A stretch of 64,000 nt of DNA, taken from the NCBI GenBank assembly GCA_004431415.1, contig QPMI01000453.1, positions 496,001 through 560,000 of the forward strand, given 5' to 3'. Position 1 is the first letter of the stretch. Each line of letters opens with the position of its first letter. The notes below the pieces were generated by a model. That model had not been told where the DNA came from, made no database searches, and worked only from the letters and a program-made list of their open reading frames with translations. The position numbers and the translations under genes were made by a program. Source of the DNA: Cyanophora paradoxa CCMP329 (Eukaryota > Plantae > Glaucophyta). Positions 45,701-57,399 of this stretch are shown piece after piece.

Positions 45701-48700
45701 GCAGCAGCCTCATGCTCTGCAAAGCGGGTTTCCTGACACGGCTCTTGTGCCCCTGCAGATCCAGTGGCACCCGTCACTCACCGTTGGGCTGCTGAATGCA
45801 ATGGTCGTCGAGAGGCTATTCAACACCCTTGTTGTGATCAACGCTACCCTGCACTGCCCGCCTCGCGTCGGCGTGGCAGCGAACTTCTCGTGCGTCCTGG
45901 TGCCTCCGGCGGGATCTGCACCACTCCTCGCGGGCGACTTTGTGGACGTAGCGCGCCTCCCGCCCTCGGACCCAGACACTGGAGGCATAGGGCGCCCTGC
46001 TGGCATAAGTATGAGCGAGGTCTTTGTTGCATGGAACGGAGACGTCGGCGTCGCGTCTTTGCAGCTGCATGAAGCGGGCGCATGGTGGCTGCGGCCGCAG
46101 TGGAGCTTGGCCGTGGGTGGTGGCTTCGTTCGGTCTGCCCCTGTCAACGTAATGGGTGCGCGCAAACCCCAAATGACTTTCCAAAATAAATGTTTACAAT
46201 CTACCAATGCACGAATGATCGTTACTGTGCATGCATGCGCAATGCATATGGCTTCGAATTTATTTCTGGTTTTCTGCAGGCGCACGTCTGTCGTGCCCAT
46301 CTCGGAGCATCTCTGTGCTAGGAACTGTTCGGTGCTCCATCTCAACTCTCGTCGGTTCTTCGGAAGTTGTTCTCTCCGACATCGACTCGACTGCATTTAT
46401 TCTACCGAACCCTTCTTCTGGCGATGCTCCGTACGCGGAGCCATCAGCAGTACAGGCTAAGAACGCCAACGGAACGGACATCTACATTGACGTTAGAGGC
46501 TTGCGTGTCACGGAAGAGCTTGCTGACCAAGGGGACAACTTGAAGCTGTTCGTTCGCTACGCAACGCGCGATAGCATCCGTAACAGTCCAGCGCCTTTCA
46601 TCACGGATGCCCCTCAGCCTCTGCAGGTGGGCGCAAGCGCATGCACAGCGTGCACGTGCACCTAGCTGGTTGGAATGACTAAGCGCGCGGCATTCAGGTC
46701 CAAGGCTCGATGGCTATCATTTCGTCCGGAGTTCTCAGCAATGGTAATCCTCGTTTGCGTTACGTGCTGGCATCGCGAGTGCTCATACCTATGCAGGCAT
46801 CCAATTGGCAGTCACTTTCAACTACCCCGCGCGCCGGGAGAGCGGCACGCTACCAGCGACCTTCTACCTTACCGACGACTCCGCGGCCAGGCTGGGAACC
46901 GGTCAGTCGCTTCTTTGCCATGCGGTGCTCTCGCCGCTTTCGAACAAGCTAGTGCAGGAGCGACCGCGTTCTGGTCTGGGCCGGACACACTTGTGTTCTC
47001 GATAATGCCCGATTCGACGGTCGTCGGCGGAGACATTCTTCGCTTCCGCATTCCCATTTACCGCGGCGACACAACCGATGTCGAGCGCTTCCGGGGATTT
47101 TTCGAGGTGCACAGGCTTTCTGTTCGATTTTCATCTATCCTTTATAATAACATCGCTCAATCATCACTTATGATCAGGTCGACGTCGAGAACTTCACACC
47201 CGTCATCTCGGCCACGTTTCCTGAAGTCGTCGCTGTTTGTCGGAAGGCAAAGCTCGTTGCGTTTCCTGTTTCTGGAACGGGTCGCCGGCCCCTCACCTAC
47301 CACTGGAGCTGCGACGACGAAGCGACGTGCAAGTCGCTTGCGCAGCGCGGAATCTCCGTCAATTCAACGCGAAACGACACAATCATTGTACCCGAGGATG
47401 CTCTGAACACGCGCAACTACAAAATGTCGGTGTACGCGCGGAACTTCTTGGGCGCGAAATCAAACGTCGTTCCCATCAGATTCTTCAAGTCGGGTCTATT
47501 TGTGCGCATGCGTGATTGAAACAGGCACTAGTAGAAGTGTGAGTTTTGTTCACATTGGCGCCAGGCACCATTCTTGGAGGTCGATGGGGGCACGACCATC
47601 TTCTCAAAGGCGTCGACTCTGACGACGATTAAAGTCGTCGTTCAGGTTCGCCAGCTGTACTTTTGGAGTCTCGCAAAAGCTGACAGTCTGGCAGCGAACA
47701 ACTTGCAATAAAGAGCTCGACGATCCCGGAGCATGTGCGACCCTGTCTCGCGCGCACGGTTTCAAGAATACAAAACTAATTCCGTGCTATGATGCAGTCA
47801 TAATCCTTCGGGAATTTCAGTGGCTCCGCGCGTCGGACATGGATATTCAGTGGCACCTGCCAGACGCGGCATTGCAATTTTTACCCGTCAGTGTTGAACT
47901 GGACCGCCCAACCCTGCTCATTGTGCGAAGCCACCGCCCCTGCTGGTTTAAATTAACGCTTGCAAACGTTGACTGAGACCGCTTCGAATTCACAGCCAAA
48001 GAATACGCTGCAGCCGAACAGCAAGTTCCTAATGAGCATGACCGCCCGCGATTTGCTGCAACAAGGGGCGCCAACGGTGTGTGAAATTTATTAATGCATG
48101 GATTAATGCATTCTCTTACGTGTACTTGTTCTGTTTCAGGCATCCATCAACGTGACTCTGGTGATTCTCAGCGAACCACTGAGCGCTCGCATTGCTGGCG
48201 GGAATCGTGTCGTTTCTCCCACGCGCCCCTTTGTTCTGGACGCGAGCCTAAGCCGCGACCCGGACTACGCAGCCTCCAGCGACGACGGCAGCGGCGCCTC
48301 GCTAGTCAGCAGTACCCTGCGGTACCAGTGGGAGCTCCGAAAAGCGACGACTGCTGCCGGGGCCACCTCGCCGGAGGGGAGCGCTGTCGGGCCAATCGCG
48401 ACAATCGAATCAAACCACCCAATCGTGACCATCGATCCAAAGGAGCTCGGCCTCGAAGCGGGCACTGCATACACAGCCACGCTGAATCTTCTCTCTGCTC
48501 GCTTCCGCCGCGGCGAGCCGGAGGGCAACGCGACGGACAGTGCGTCTGTAACTATCACTCTCGCCTCGGAGAGCGTCCCATCAGTTTTCATTACGGTGTG
48601 CATCGTGACTGTGTGCAATTTCAGTTCCCAATATATACTCTAACTTTGTTTCCAGTCGACGTTCCCTGTGGACCCAACACACGCCATCGAGGAGCTTGGT

Positions 48701-51700
48701 CTGAGGGTAATCAAATCGAATTCCTCTCAGTACGGGGCGATCTTGAACTTTTCCAATACTGCGTCTGCAGGTTCGCTGCGAGGCGTCTCAGCCAGACAGG
48801 CCCGAAAGCTCCGCAAACGAACTCGTCTTTGTTTGGTCAAGTGCTGACGACGACACATCTATAAGCAACATCTCCAGGTCTACCGTGCCACATGATCGGA
48901 CTAGATCGTGTTCTATTAAGGCTTGCACTTTATGCAGGCTTGCCGTGCGGACTTCGGCGAACTCTTCCACCCTCATAATCGACAGAAAGCAGCCATTTGC
49001 CTCGGCCTTTGCGCTTGACCGCCTTTACCGGTGCTTCTGAGTGTTTGTCGTGTAGGCAGTATTGTACACCCTGCAGATACTTATCGCAATCTCCATCAGG
49101 ATTCGGTGCAGCGTGTACACCAAGGCCCAGGGGCCCGAACTGAGCGGTGAACCTCACCTGCAGCCTGCGTATGTCAAAAGATGGTTAACGCGCTCGGGCT
49201 CCTTTCTCGCAGCTTTCCAAGACACATCGATTCGTTTCATTTCAGGACCGATTCCGGGCGAGTGCACTGTCAACCCGCCGAAAGGCATCGCTCTACAGAC
49301 GCAGGCGCGGCATTTCACATTGGTTTTGTTGCGAAAATAACCAAGGAATGGAGGCTCACGGATCACTGCCACACAGTTCGTTGTCACATGCACGAACTGG
49401 ATGTCGCAGTACACATCCGACCCGCTACTGTATAAGCTTCAGGTACGCTATAGCGTCTCTAAAATGCAGCTGGTTCCGATTGCAACGGCTAACCGAACCA
49501 TCTACCTAGATTATCCCGCCTGCGAGTCGGCCAGGCGTGTTTGTGACACAGAGCCAGCCCAACTCTGCGCCGGTGGTGCGCGCCGTGCTTCCCCGCGGAG
49601 AGGGGCAAGACCGCATCGTTCGCCTGGTCCTCGTCGTTCAGGATGCCTTCAACGCATCGACCTGTGAGAGCCACCCCTTTTCGAGACGAATTTGAATCGG
49701 GGAGACTGAAATGAATGCGGCAGCATATTTCTTGAACGCAACTTCCGATTTGGAGACAAGCGTGGAGAATCTCGACAAACTGCAGCTGAAATCATCCGTG
49801 CTTGACATTCTCGGCATTGGGACTAGATCGCTTGCCGTGACCGGCGGCGATGGCGACCTGGAGGCATCGCTGGCGACTATCGGCAACACCGCCATAACGA
49901 TCTCTGGTACTTATAATCTCAGAACGCAGTCGCTCGCACCTTGCGATTGTCTAACGCGTTGTCGTAGACATTCTGGAGCAGTACATCGGAGCAGGCACGG
50001 AAACAGCCTATCAACCGGCCTCGCATCTGGATCAGACTCCAGAAGCCACGAAGTGCGCTATTGTAATCGATTGCTTTAATGATTCAAACAAAGTGCGACG
50101 GTATGTCGCTCACACCGCATTTAGGAAAATAGCGGACACACTGGCGCCAATGCTCCAGGTTATCAACTGTGCGTGTACAGACGCACTCTTTCGGGGCGTT
50201 TCCAATGAGGGGTCGGTGACATATTTCGAGCTCTCACGTGTGCATCCCGCATGCGCAGCCGTTGGGTCCAACACCCGCTCGTCGAAGTTCCAGGTTGTTC
50301 AAGCCGTCTCAGTAGGCACAGTGCTAACCCGCGTCGTCACTCGGTTCGTTGCGCTTCTATTTCCCTTCGCGATACAATCGCGCGTCTGCTGATCCATGTG
50401 CACATAGCACCGGTTCGTCGGAGCTTCAAACCGGACTGGCGGACGCGATGCACTCGTTGTACAACGCTTTAAATCCTTGCGACGATTCCGCTGCTGTAAA
50501 CGAGCTACTCATTGCCGGAGCCGGTGCGTGAAGGCCCGATCCGTGTATACATATTGCGCCCATCAGAGCGCTGCGCAGATACTTTCGTTGGCTCGTCGTG
50601 GTGGCTTGCCCAAAATTCGAATGGGACGGACACTTCGCAGTTTGCCGACTCAGTGATGCGCATGTTCAAGACGTTCACTTCGAAGTCGGTAAAATGCGGC
50701 TCTTGCGGCGCGGCCCCGTCTGTCAGCTCGGGGCTCCGTGTCGCTATCTTCACGGGCCAAGTATGCCACAACCGGGAGAACGAGGGAGAATTCAACGTCG
50801 GCGGGTCCCGCAAAGAGACCGCGGGCCTCGTCGTGCCTCCCGAGCTGCAGAAGCTTTCCAGCTCTCTGAATGGCACGGAGGGCACGCAGCTAACGGTCTA
50901 CGTGTACCCGCGCGGCCCGTACCCCGAAGCGACGGCTGGGGCTATCAACGGGACTAAAACCTACGTGAAGTAGTGCGTCATGAATTCTCGAGGGCGCAGG
51001 AAGCGAGACGAGCGCTTACACTGAATGGTCGCTCGCAGCAACGTGTCCAGCTACGTTATGGAGGTGGAAGTCCCGGGGCTCAAAGTTAAGAACCTTTCAG
51101 AGCCTATCACGGTTCGGCACTGTTTTCGATTCCAACACCGACATCGATAGAGAAGCATCCCCTGGCATGGTGTCTCGCTTCTGAATTGCGAGCGCAGTTC
51201 CAAATCCCCCTTCGCATGCCCAACGGAGAGCTCGGTGATCCCAAGCAGAAGCTCGAGCTCATCTACTACGACAAAATAAACAAAGTGTGGATTAACTGGT
51301 CTGCAGCTGTTCACGTCTGCAGTTCACTGAAGAAACAAACTCGCTCACGCATGTGGTCTCGCTGTTTTGCACGCGCAGCGGAAATGTCACGACGATACTG
51401 GACAAAGCCGTGATCACCGCCGTCGCTTCCTGCACCCATCTCACGCCGTTTGCGAGTGCGAGCTTAACGGGCTTCGCTTCTTGAGAACGTATTTTCTACT
51501 CGATGAATACCAATATGCTCGCAGTTGGCGTGGGGGAGGTTATCACCTTGGCAGATTCGACGGGGCAAGGTGCTGGAGGGCACGGTTCGGGCGTCAATCC
51601 GGTGGCGGTGGCTGTGCCTGTCGTACTCGGCGTCGTCGCATTGGTGCTGCTCGGCGTAGCAATCGCCTATGCAAAGGGCGTATTGGCGACGAAGGCATTG

Positions 51701-53767
51701 GCAGCGAAGACGGCTCCGGAGCCGGCGCCGATAGCGTATCCACCAGCCACACCCAGCGGTCTTGTGGCTTCTTCGCCGCTGGTTGTCACTGTTACACCTG
51801 GAGAAGCAGCTGCTGCCATGGCCAGCGCGGGCCCTCAAATAAGCGCTGTTTCCAGCGAAGCCCTTCCAGCCGCAGCTGCAGCACCGGCCGTGACGCCTAT
51901 CGTAAGCACCGGCCCGTGGATGGCGGGGGCTGTCGTGGGGGGCGCAGCCACGGGAGTCGCGGCCGCCGCAGTTGCGACCCCAGTAGTCGCTATTGCACCG
52001 TGGCTGTTCGCTGCGGCTATTCTTCCCTCTTACTACGTAATCCGGCGCAATGGGAAGGAGATTGGCAAGGTTCCCCGCACTCAGCACTCGTTTAAGATCA
52101 ATGACATGGAAGTGGACGGCAACGCTGTTTACGACGTTTACGCGGTGGATGCTGGCGGACTTTCTGGTCCCCCATCATACGCCCTTTCTGCGGGCATAGC
52201 TCTAAACGATACGACCGGTATTCACCTGACCGTTCGACCCACCCAAATCAACGGTGCCAGCGCCAAGCTACTTTGGAACACTCCCAAGGCGGCGTCCGAA
52301 GACGGCTGGTCCAAGTACGCAACGCATTCGCTGTTGACAAACACCTATACGATCATATAACATATCATCTGGTCTCGATTTGATTTCTCCCTGCAGCTAT
52401 GAGATTTCGATGAACGGAGTGCGCATCGCGTCGGTGCCAGTCGGCAAGCCGGATGATGATGGTGGGCTGAACACGTTTTTGATCGAAGATGTCCCTCGCA
52501 AAGCCGTGTTCCAGGTAATTACAACTTGTTCCACGCACACAGCATTCTAGATCTCAAGAAATTAATTGGGCTCTACAGGTCACGGTTATCGCTTCAATCT
52601 CTGATCCCTCTCCAATCAATGTATACATTGCCGCGAGTCGCGAAGTGGAGTTGGAACCCTACGACGAGAGCGAGGAGGACTACAGGGGCGACGAGGACGC
52701 TCCGAGACCGTCGGCGCCGGCCAACCTCGAGCTCGCGCTGAACAGAGTCGTGGAAGACAGGGATGACCCGAAGCGGGCCGCCTCCATTCTCACCTGGAAA
52801 TTCCCTATTCCTTCTCACTACGTAATCCGGCGCAACGGCGCTGACATTGGCGAAGTTCCCCGCACTCAACACGCGTTCAAGATTGATGACGTGCAGTTGG
52901 ACGGCAACGCCGTTTATGACGTGTACGCGGTGGACGCTGGCGGGCTTTCCGGCCCGCCGTCTTACGCCCTATCTGCGGGTGTTGCGTCTAGCGCGAGTGG
53001 CGGAATCCACCTTACGGTTCGTCCAACGCGCGTCAGCGGAACCAGCGCCAAGCTGCTGTGGAACACTCCCAAGGCGGCGTCCGAAGACCGCTGGACCAGG
53101 TGCTTGACGCTTCTCTTGGGATTTTCATCATCACGATTGCGACGCTCATGTGCATTTTAAATCCCGCAGCTTCGAGATATCGATGAACGGGAATCGCATA
53201 GCCAGTGTGCCCGTTGGCAGGCCGGGCGAGGCGCTCAACACGTTCTCGGTCGACAATATTGAAGTTCCTCCCCAAGCCGTATTCCAGGTTAGATCGATCC
53301 GTTCGGTTTCGTGAAGGCTTCTTAAGCATTCATGATACGTATACTGTTACGGGTACAGGTGATGGCGATCGCGTCTCTTTCGGGGCGAAACGCAGTCGCG
53401 TCGAGCCGCGCCGTTGAGCTGAAGCCATACGAGCGCGAGGAAGTGGACCTAGAGGAGGAGGAAGAGCAGGGCAAGGGAGAAGACGAGGCACCGGACCCCG
53501 CGGCGCCGGCCGACCCCGAGCTCGAGCTGAACAGAGTCGTGGAAGACGAGCTGGACCCCAGTTCGAAGCGTGCCTCTGTCTTTCTCACTTGGAAGCCGCC
53601 AGCCTCGTCCGCGACCGGCCGCGGCGCAACGGAATCATCTCCCTCTGACCATTCCCCAGACGCGCCGAACTTTGAGGTCATACAATATATTTAGAGCTAG
53701 CTATAAATTATTTGATGTCTATACAGACACGTTTAGTACACAGGTTCGCCCTACTGTAGACTCTTAA
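18728..53767 (+). CDS. Giant multi-exon cell-surface protein: signal peptide, PA14-like head, many Ig/filamin-like repeats, REJ, GAIN/GPS, TM, FnIII-like repeats (polycystin-1/adhesion-receptor-like)
   Basis: Co-oriented exons separated by short (about 60-110 nt) GT/GC-AG introns for 35 kb with no obvious intergenic gap. Hydrophobic leader GCLLLLFCTVLALTISYCQS near 18855-18918, abundant N-x-S/T sequons, and ordered C-terminal REJ, GPS and TM motifs. Single-gene continuity, exact start and final exon (stop at 53694 or 53767) are inferred. Confidence 0.72.
36611..46155 (+). repeat. Six tandem ~1.59-kb coding repeat units, each ~510 codons (five ~100-aa modules) plus a ~64-nt intron
   Basis: The intron GTGATTCGC...CCCTGCAG starts at 37731, 39322, 40912, 42500, 44097 and 45694 (spacing 1591, 1590, 1588, 1597, 1597). 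The translated ORFs are near-identical. Confidence 0.97.
47178..49650 (+). other. REJ (receptor for egg jelly)-like region of the giant gene
   Basis: GTGRRPLTYHWSC...SVYARNFLG; PLSARIAGGNRVV...FVLDASLSRDPD...LRYQWE; GPIPGECTVNPPKGIALQTQ|FVVTCTNWM...DPLLYKL. These match characteristic PKD1/REJ module motifs as I recall them. Confidence 0.82.
51198..51455 (+). other. GPS autoproteolysis motif at the end of a GAIN-like domain
   Basis: Two exons join to give YYDKINKVWINC-GNVTTILDKAVITAVASCTHLTPFA, with H-L-T codons at 51437-51445. It is preceded by VKNLSEPIT|FQIP, typical of GAIN-B strands. Confidence 0.85.
51602..51673 (+). other. Transmembrane helix of the giant protein
   Basis: VAVAVPVVLGVVALVLLGVAIAYA followed by Lys residues (KGVLATK), shortly after the GPS motif. 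Confidence 0.85.
52024..53430 (+). repeat. Duplicated FnIII-like domain block after the TM segment (two ~0.78-kb copies with matching introns)
   Basis: PSYYVIRRNGKEIGKVPRTQHSFKI...YDVYAVDAGGLSGPPSYALSAG...SAKLLWNTPKAASED at 52024-52315 recurs at about 52810-53100; YEISMNG/FEISMNG exons follow each copy. Confidence 0.75.
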
Positions 53768-56610
53768 ACCAAATAGTATACATAGGTTGCATGCTGCATT
53801 GAAAGTATATCAGGTTGAGCTTTTCGAATTCTTTATCCCCCCCTTTCTACAACATGTACATGTGCCCGTGGTCTTGCAGGAACTCAATACCTAAATCAAT
53901 ACTTCACACACTGGGCGAAGCATTGCGCTGGAGTTTGCGAGATCGCTGGAATGCATTTGATCATGAGCACGCAGATGCTCACGAACATTTTTTTTGCAAA
54001 AGTGGACGTCGCATTGATACACCACGGCGCATGTATCAATGTTCTACGCAGATGCTCACGAACATCTACGTATACAGCTAGAGGACGCCGACGAACCATG
54101 CAATTGAAGCTTCGGTATATAACAGAAGTCCTGTGTGTAAGCCTTGACATACCGGAGTACACGGACAAATCTAAATATAATACCTCTACCTGGGGGGCAC
54201 GTGCACGCGAGCGAAGAGTCAACGCCGTTTGACGCAAGCCGTCCTATAATTTAAACTCCAGAAAGATACAGAGCACAAGTTCGCGTATACGTATGCATAT
54301 GCATTGCAATTGCCGCACTGGAGCAATAAGGCTGCACCGCTAGCACTGCGGCACTGTACATGTATATCTGCAGCCTGCGCCAGGCCTAGGCCCTTTATAT
54401 CGATCGCATCTACATGTACCAGACATTTGCTAACCTAATGCGCATGCTAGGCTCATAGTCCGACGCCGACGGCCGCGCGCGGTCAGGCCGCCGTGGCACC
54501 GTGCACGGTGGCACGATAATGAAACCTCAGTCTGAGCCAGCCCGGCCTCAGAACCCTCGGAGCCCGCCGCGGCCACTAATTATAATTATATAAGAATGCG
54601 CAACTAAAACTGCGCACGGGGCTCGCGGGATGCTTCCTCGGAGAAGGGAAGCAGCCAGATATATATAGCCCGTCGGACGCGAGGCGGAGGCGGAGGCCGC
54701 GGCGGGTGGCGCCGGCGAGGCCGGGGGCCACGCGCGGGGTGCCGCAGTCCCCCTGGAGAGGGGGAATTCTCGAAGGGACGGGGGAGCCGCTGAGCGGGAC
54801 CGCCCTGAACGTGGCGAGTCGGGGCCCGGGGGAGCCTAGCCTTGCGCCCCGCAGGAGCCGCGGGACGCCTAGATCTCGGGGGGCGCTGTCTTGCCTGGCC
54901 GGGCCCCCATGGGCGGGTCAGCCAGAGGCCTACTACTAGACTAGGGCGGGCGATGCCGAGAATTAGGAGAGCTAATCAGGGAGAGTTAGAATCAGGAGGC
55001 CTAGGGGTCGGGCAGAGTGATGGCTGAAGAGTCTCCGGCGACTGAGGGAGGGGGAATGGGGAAGAGGCCCTGAGGGGTGAGAGGGCGGGGGGCAAGGAAC
55101 ATGACATATAGCCGCCGATGATCACAGCCCCATCGATATCGATCGAACCGTAATACTTTGATCTGCGAGCGTGCGCACGCGCGCTCTGCGCTGCGCGCCG
55201 CCGCCCTTTCTGTCTGTAGCTCACATCGATATCCGATGATCATGATCTGACGCCGTGACGCGTAGAGCTAGACTGATTATCAGAGCTAGACTGGCCGCGG
55301 CGAGCCTCGGAGATCAGATCTAACCAGATCTAGACAGACTCTGAGAGCATCGATCGGATCAGTTCTGGATTTATTTATAATTATGATTGTACCGTAGCCA
55401 CCGTGGCACGGTAGTACTATATGGCTACAAGCTATTATTACATTGCTTGCCGCGGCGGGGCGCGCGCACTGGGTCAGCCGGGGCCGGCGTCCGCGCCGGC
55501 ACTGCGGCATGCGCAGGCCGTCGACGCGCGCGGCTGACATGTACAGATCATCGCGTCGTATGCTTCGAGCTAGATCGTATACTATGATAATTCCAATTTC
55601 TTCAAGATCTAGAGGCCTAGGTCTAAGGTGAATGGCCATGGTACCGGTCGACAGGGCTGCACTGCAACATAACCTAGAGCGCTAGCTAGCGCCAGGGCAG
55701 GCGCCGTCGACGTCGCGGCGGGGCCTACCCGGCGCGGGGCCCGGCGCGGGGCCGGCCGCGGGGTGGGGCAGGACGGGCTGGGCCGCGGCCGGGGTGGGGG
55801 CAGCCAGCTGCAGGCGGCGGCCGCGGGGCGGGCCCGCGCCCGGGGTGGGGGCCGCCGCGGCGCCCCTAGGCCCCAGCTTTCAGAGGGGGAAGGGGTTCCG
55901 ATATGCACCGCCAGCATCTTTTCATCGCCTACGCCAGGGGGGGGGGGGGGGGGGGGGGGGGGGGGAGCCATCTTGACGGGGAGGGGGGGGAGGGGTGGGG
56001 GGTAATTTGCGTTAATTTGCGGTTGCGGGGGAGCGAGAGGACGGGGCGATCGCGAGGCGGTGCCCCTCAGTTCGAACAGAATATGTACAGGCATAGCTAT
56101 AGCTATAGGAACCGTTGAACAGGCCTGCACGATATCGATATCGATGTTAGGAGACAGGGGGAAGTCAGAACATACACCCACGTACGCATGCCGCGCACGT
56201 ACCGCACATGCATGTGTGATACTATGATAGCTGCATGCGCAGGATATATATATAGTCACGTACAGTACAACGCCGCCCCCGCCCGGTCCGGCGCGGGGGC
56301 AAGATCTAGAGGGGCGGGGGCAAGATCAGGATCAGGGGGGGGGGGGGGGGGGGGAAAGGATGGGGGCGGGCGGGCCGGGAAGGGGGGGGGGGGAGGGATG
56401 GGGGAATCTGATCTAGATCTAGATCTAGCTACAGCTATAGAGGCGCCGACGCCGCGACGCGCAAGCTCGCGCCCGGCCCGGCCCACCGATCGAATTCGCT
56501 GCACACGGTAGCTATATATATAGCCTAGTAGCCTGCGCGTACGCGTCTAACGGTCCCGGCCGGCTCGCGCAGGGGGTCGGATCCGAGACTTACACTCGCT
56601 TCTTGCTCGC

Positions 56611-56750
56611 CACGAGCCAGCTCGCCACGACTGCCATGGCCAGCTGCAGCGCGCGCTACCGGTAGATCGTCACGACTGCCAGCGCTAGCTCGTCACGACT
56701 GCCAGCTCGTCACGACTGCCAGCGTTAGCTTGCCGCGACTGCTAGCTCGC
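56611..56750. repeat. Short degenerate tandem repeat (GCTCGTCACGACTGCCA)
   Basis: About 5 visible copies or variants of CTCG(T/C)CACGACTGCCA. Confidence 0.7.
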
Positions 56751-57399
56751 GATCGCCCCTCCATCGCCCAGACTCGAGGAATTGTTGAAGTTGTATTCCG
56801 AGGAATTTGTATTCCGAGAACAACATATTCCGAGAACAACACATGTGTGCGTGATGAGAAGTTTTCACGCTGTCTATGGTGCTGCTGCCACCCAACCTCT
56901 CCTTTTGGTCGCAAAGCAGATTTGCGATTGTCCGGAGTAGCGTAGTAGGAAAGTTACGCAGCCTCAGCCAAGCCGACCAGTGCGGACGCAGCCTATTTTG
57001 AGATGAGTGTATAAAGCGCCAATAAAACCTCGAAAATCGGTTTCTAGGCAGCGTTGGCAACTTATAATTAGCTTAGCTGCTGAGTCGTGACACATACACA
57101 CTCAGTAATTTATTTGAAATCGGTGAGCCTACTGAGTCGAAGTGCAGTCTTAGTTCAAACTCAAACCGACTGGTATTGAAATATTTGGCCCAAGGCTTGA
57201 GATGTTATATAGCTTAGTAGTGGTTTTACAAATATACAATTTTGAGGTACTCGTATACGTAAAAGTAATTGCAGCTGCAGCGTGCGCACCTGCACCTCTG
57301 CTTCGTGGTACAGGCCTAGGGCCTCAGCCTCTTCCTGATCGCAATCAATTTCCGCATCGATTTCCGCATCCTGCGGCGCGGATTCGACGAGTTCGAGCT

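Noticed and set aside
36611-46155. Regular repeats as a CRISPR array or transposon tandem
   Set aside because: Units are 1.6-kb in-frame coding blocks with a spliceosomal intron; there are no short repeat-spacer units, TIRs or TSDs.
53815-56520. Possible gene between the giant gene and the Cys-rich gene
   Set aside because: Isolated exon-like pieces in low-complexity DNA; no consistent frame or recognisable motif.
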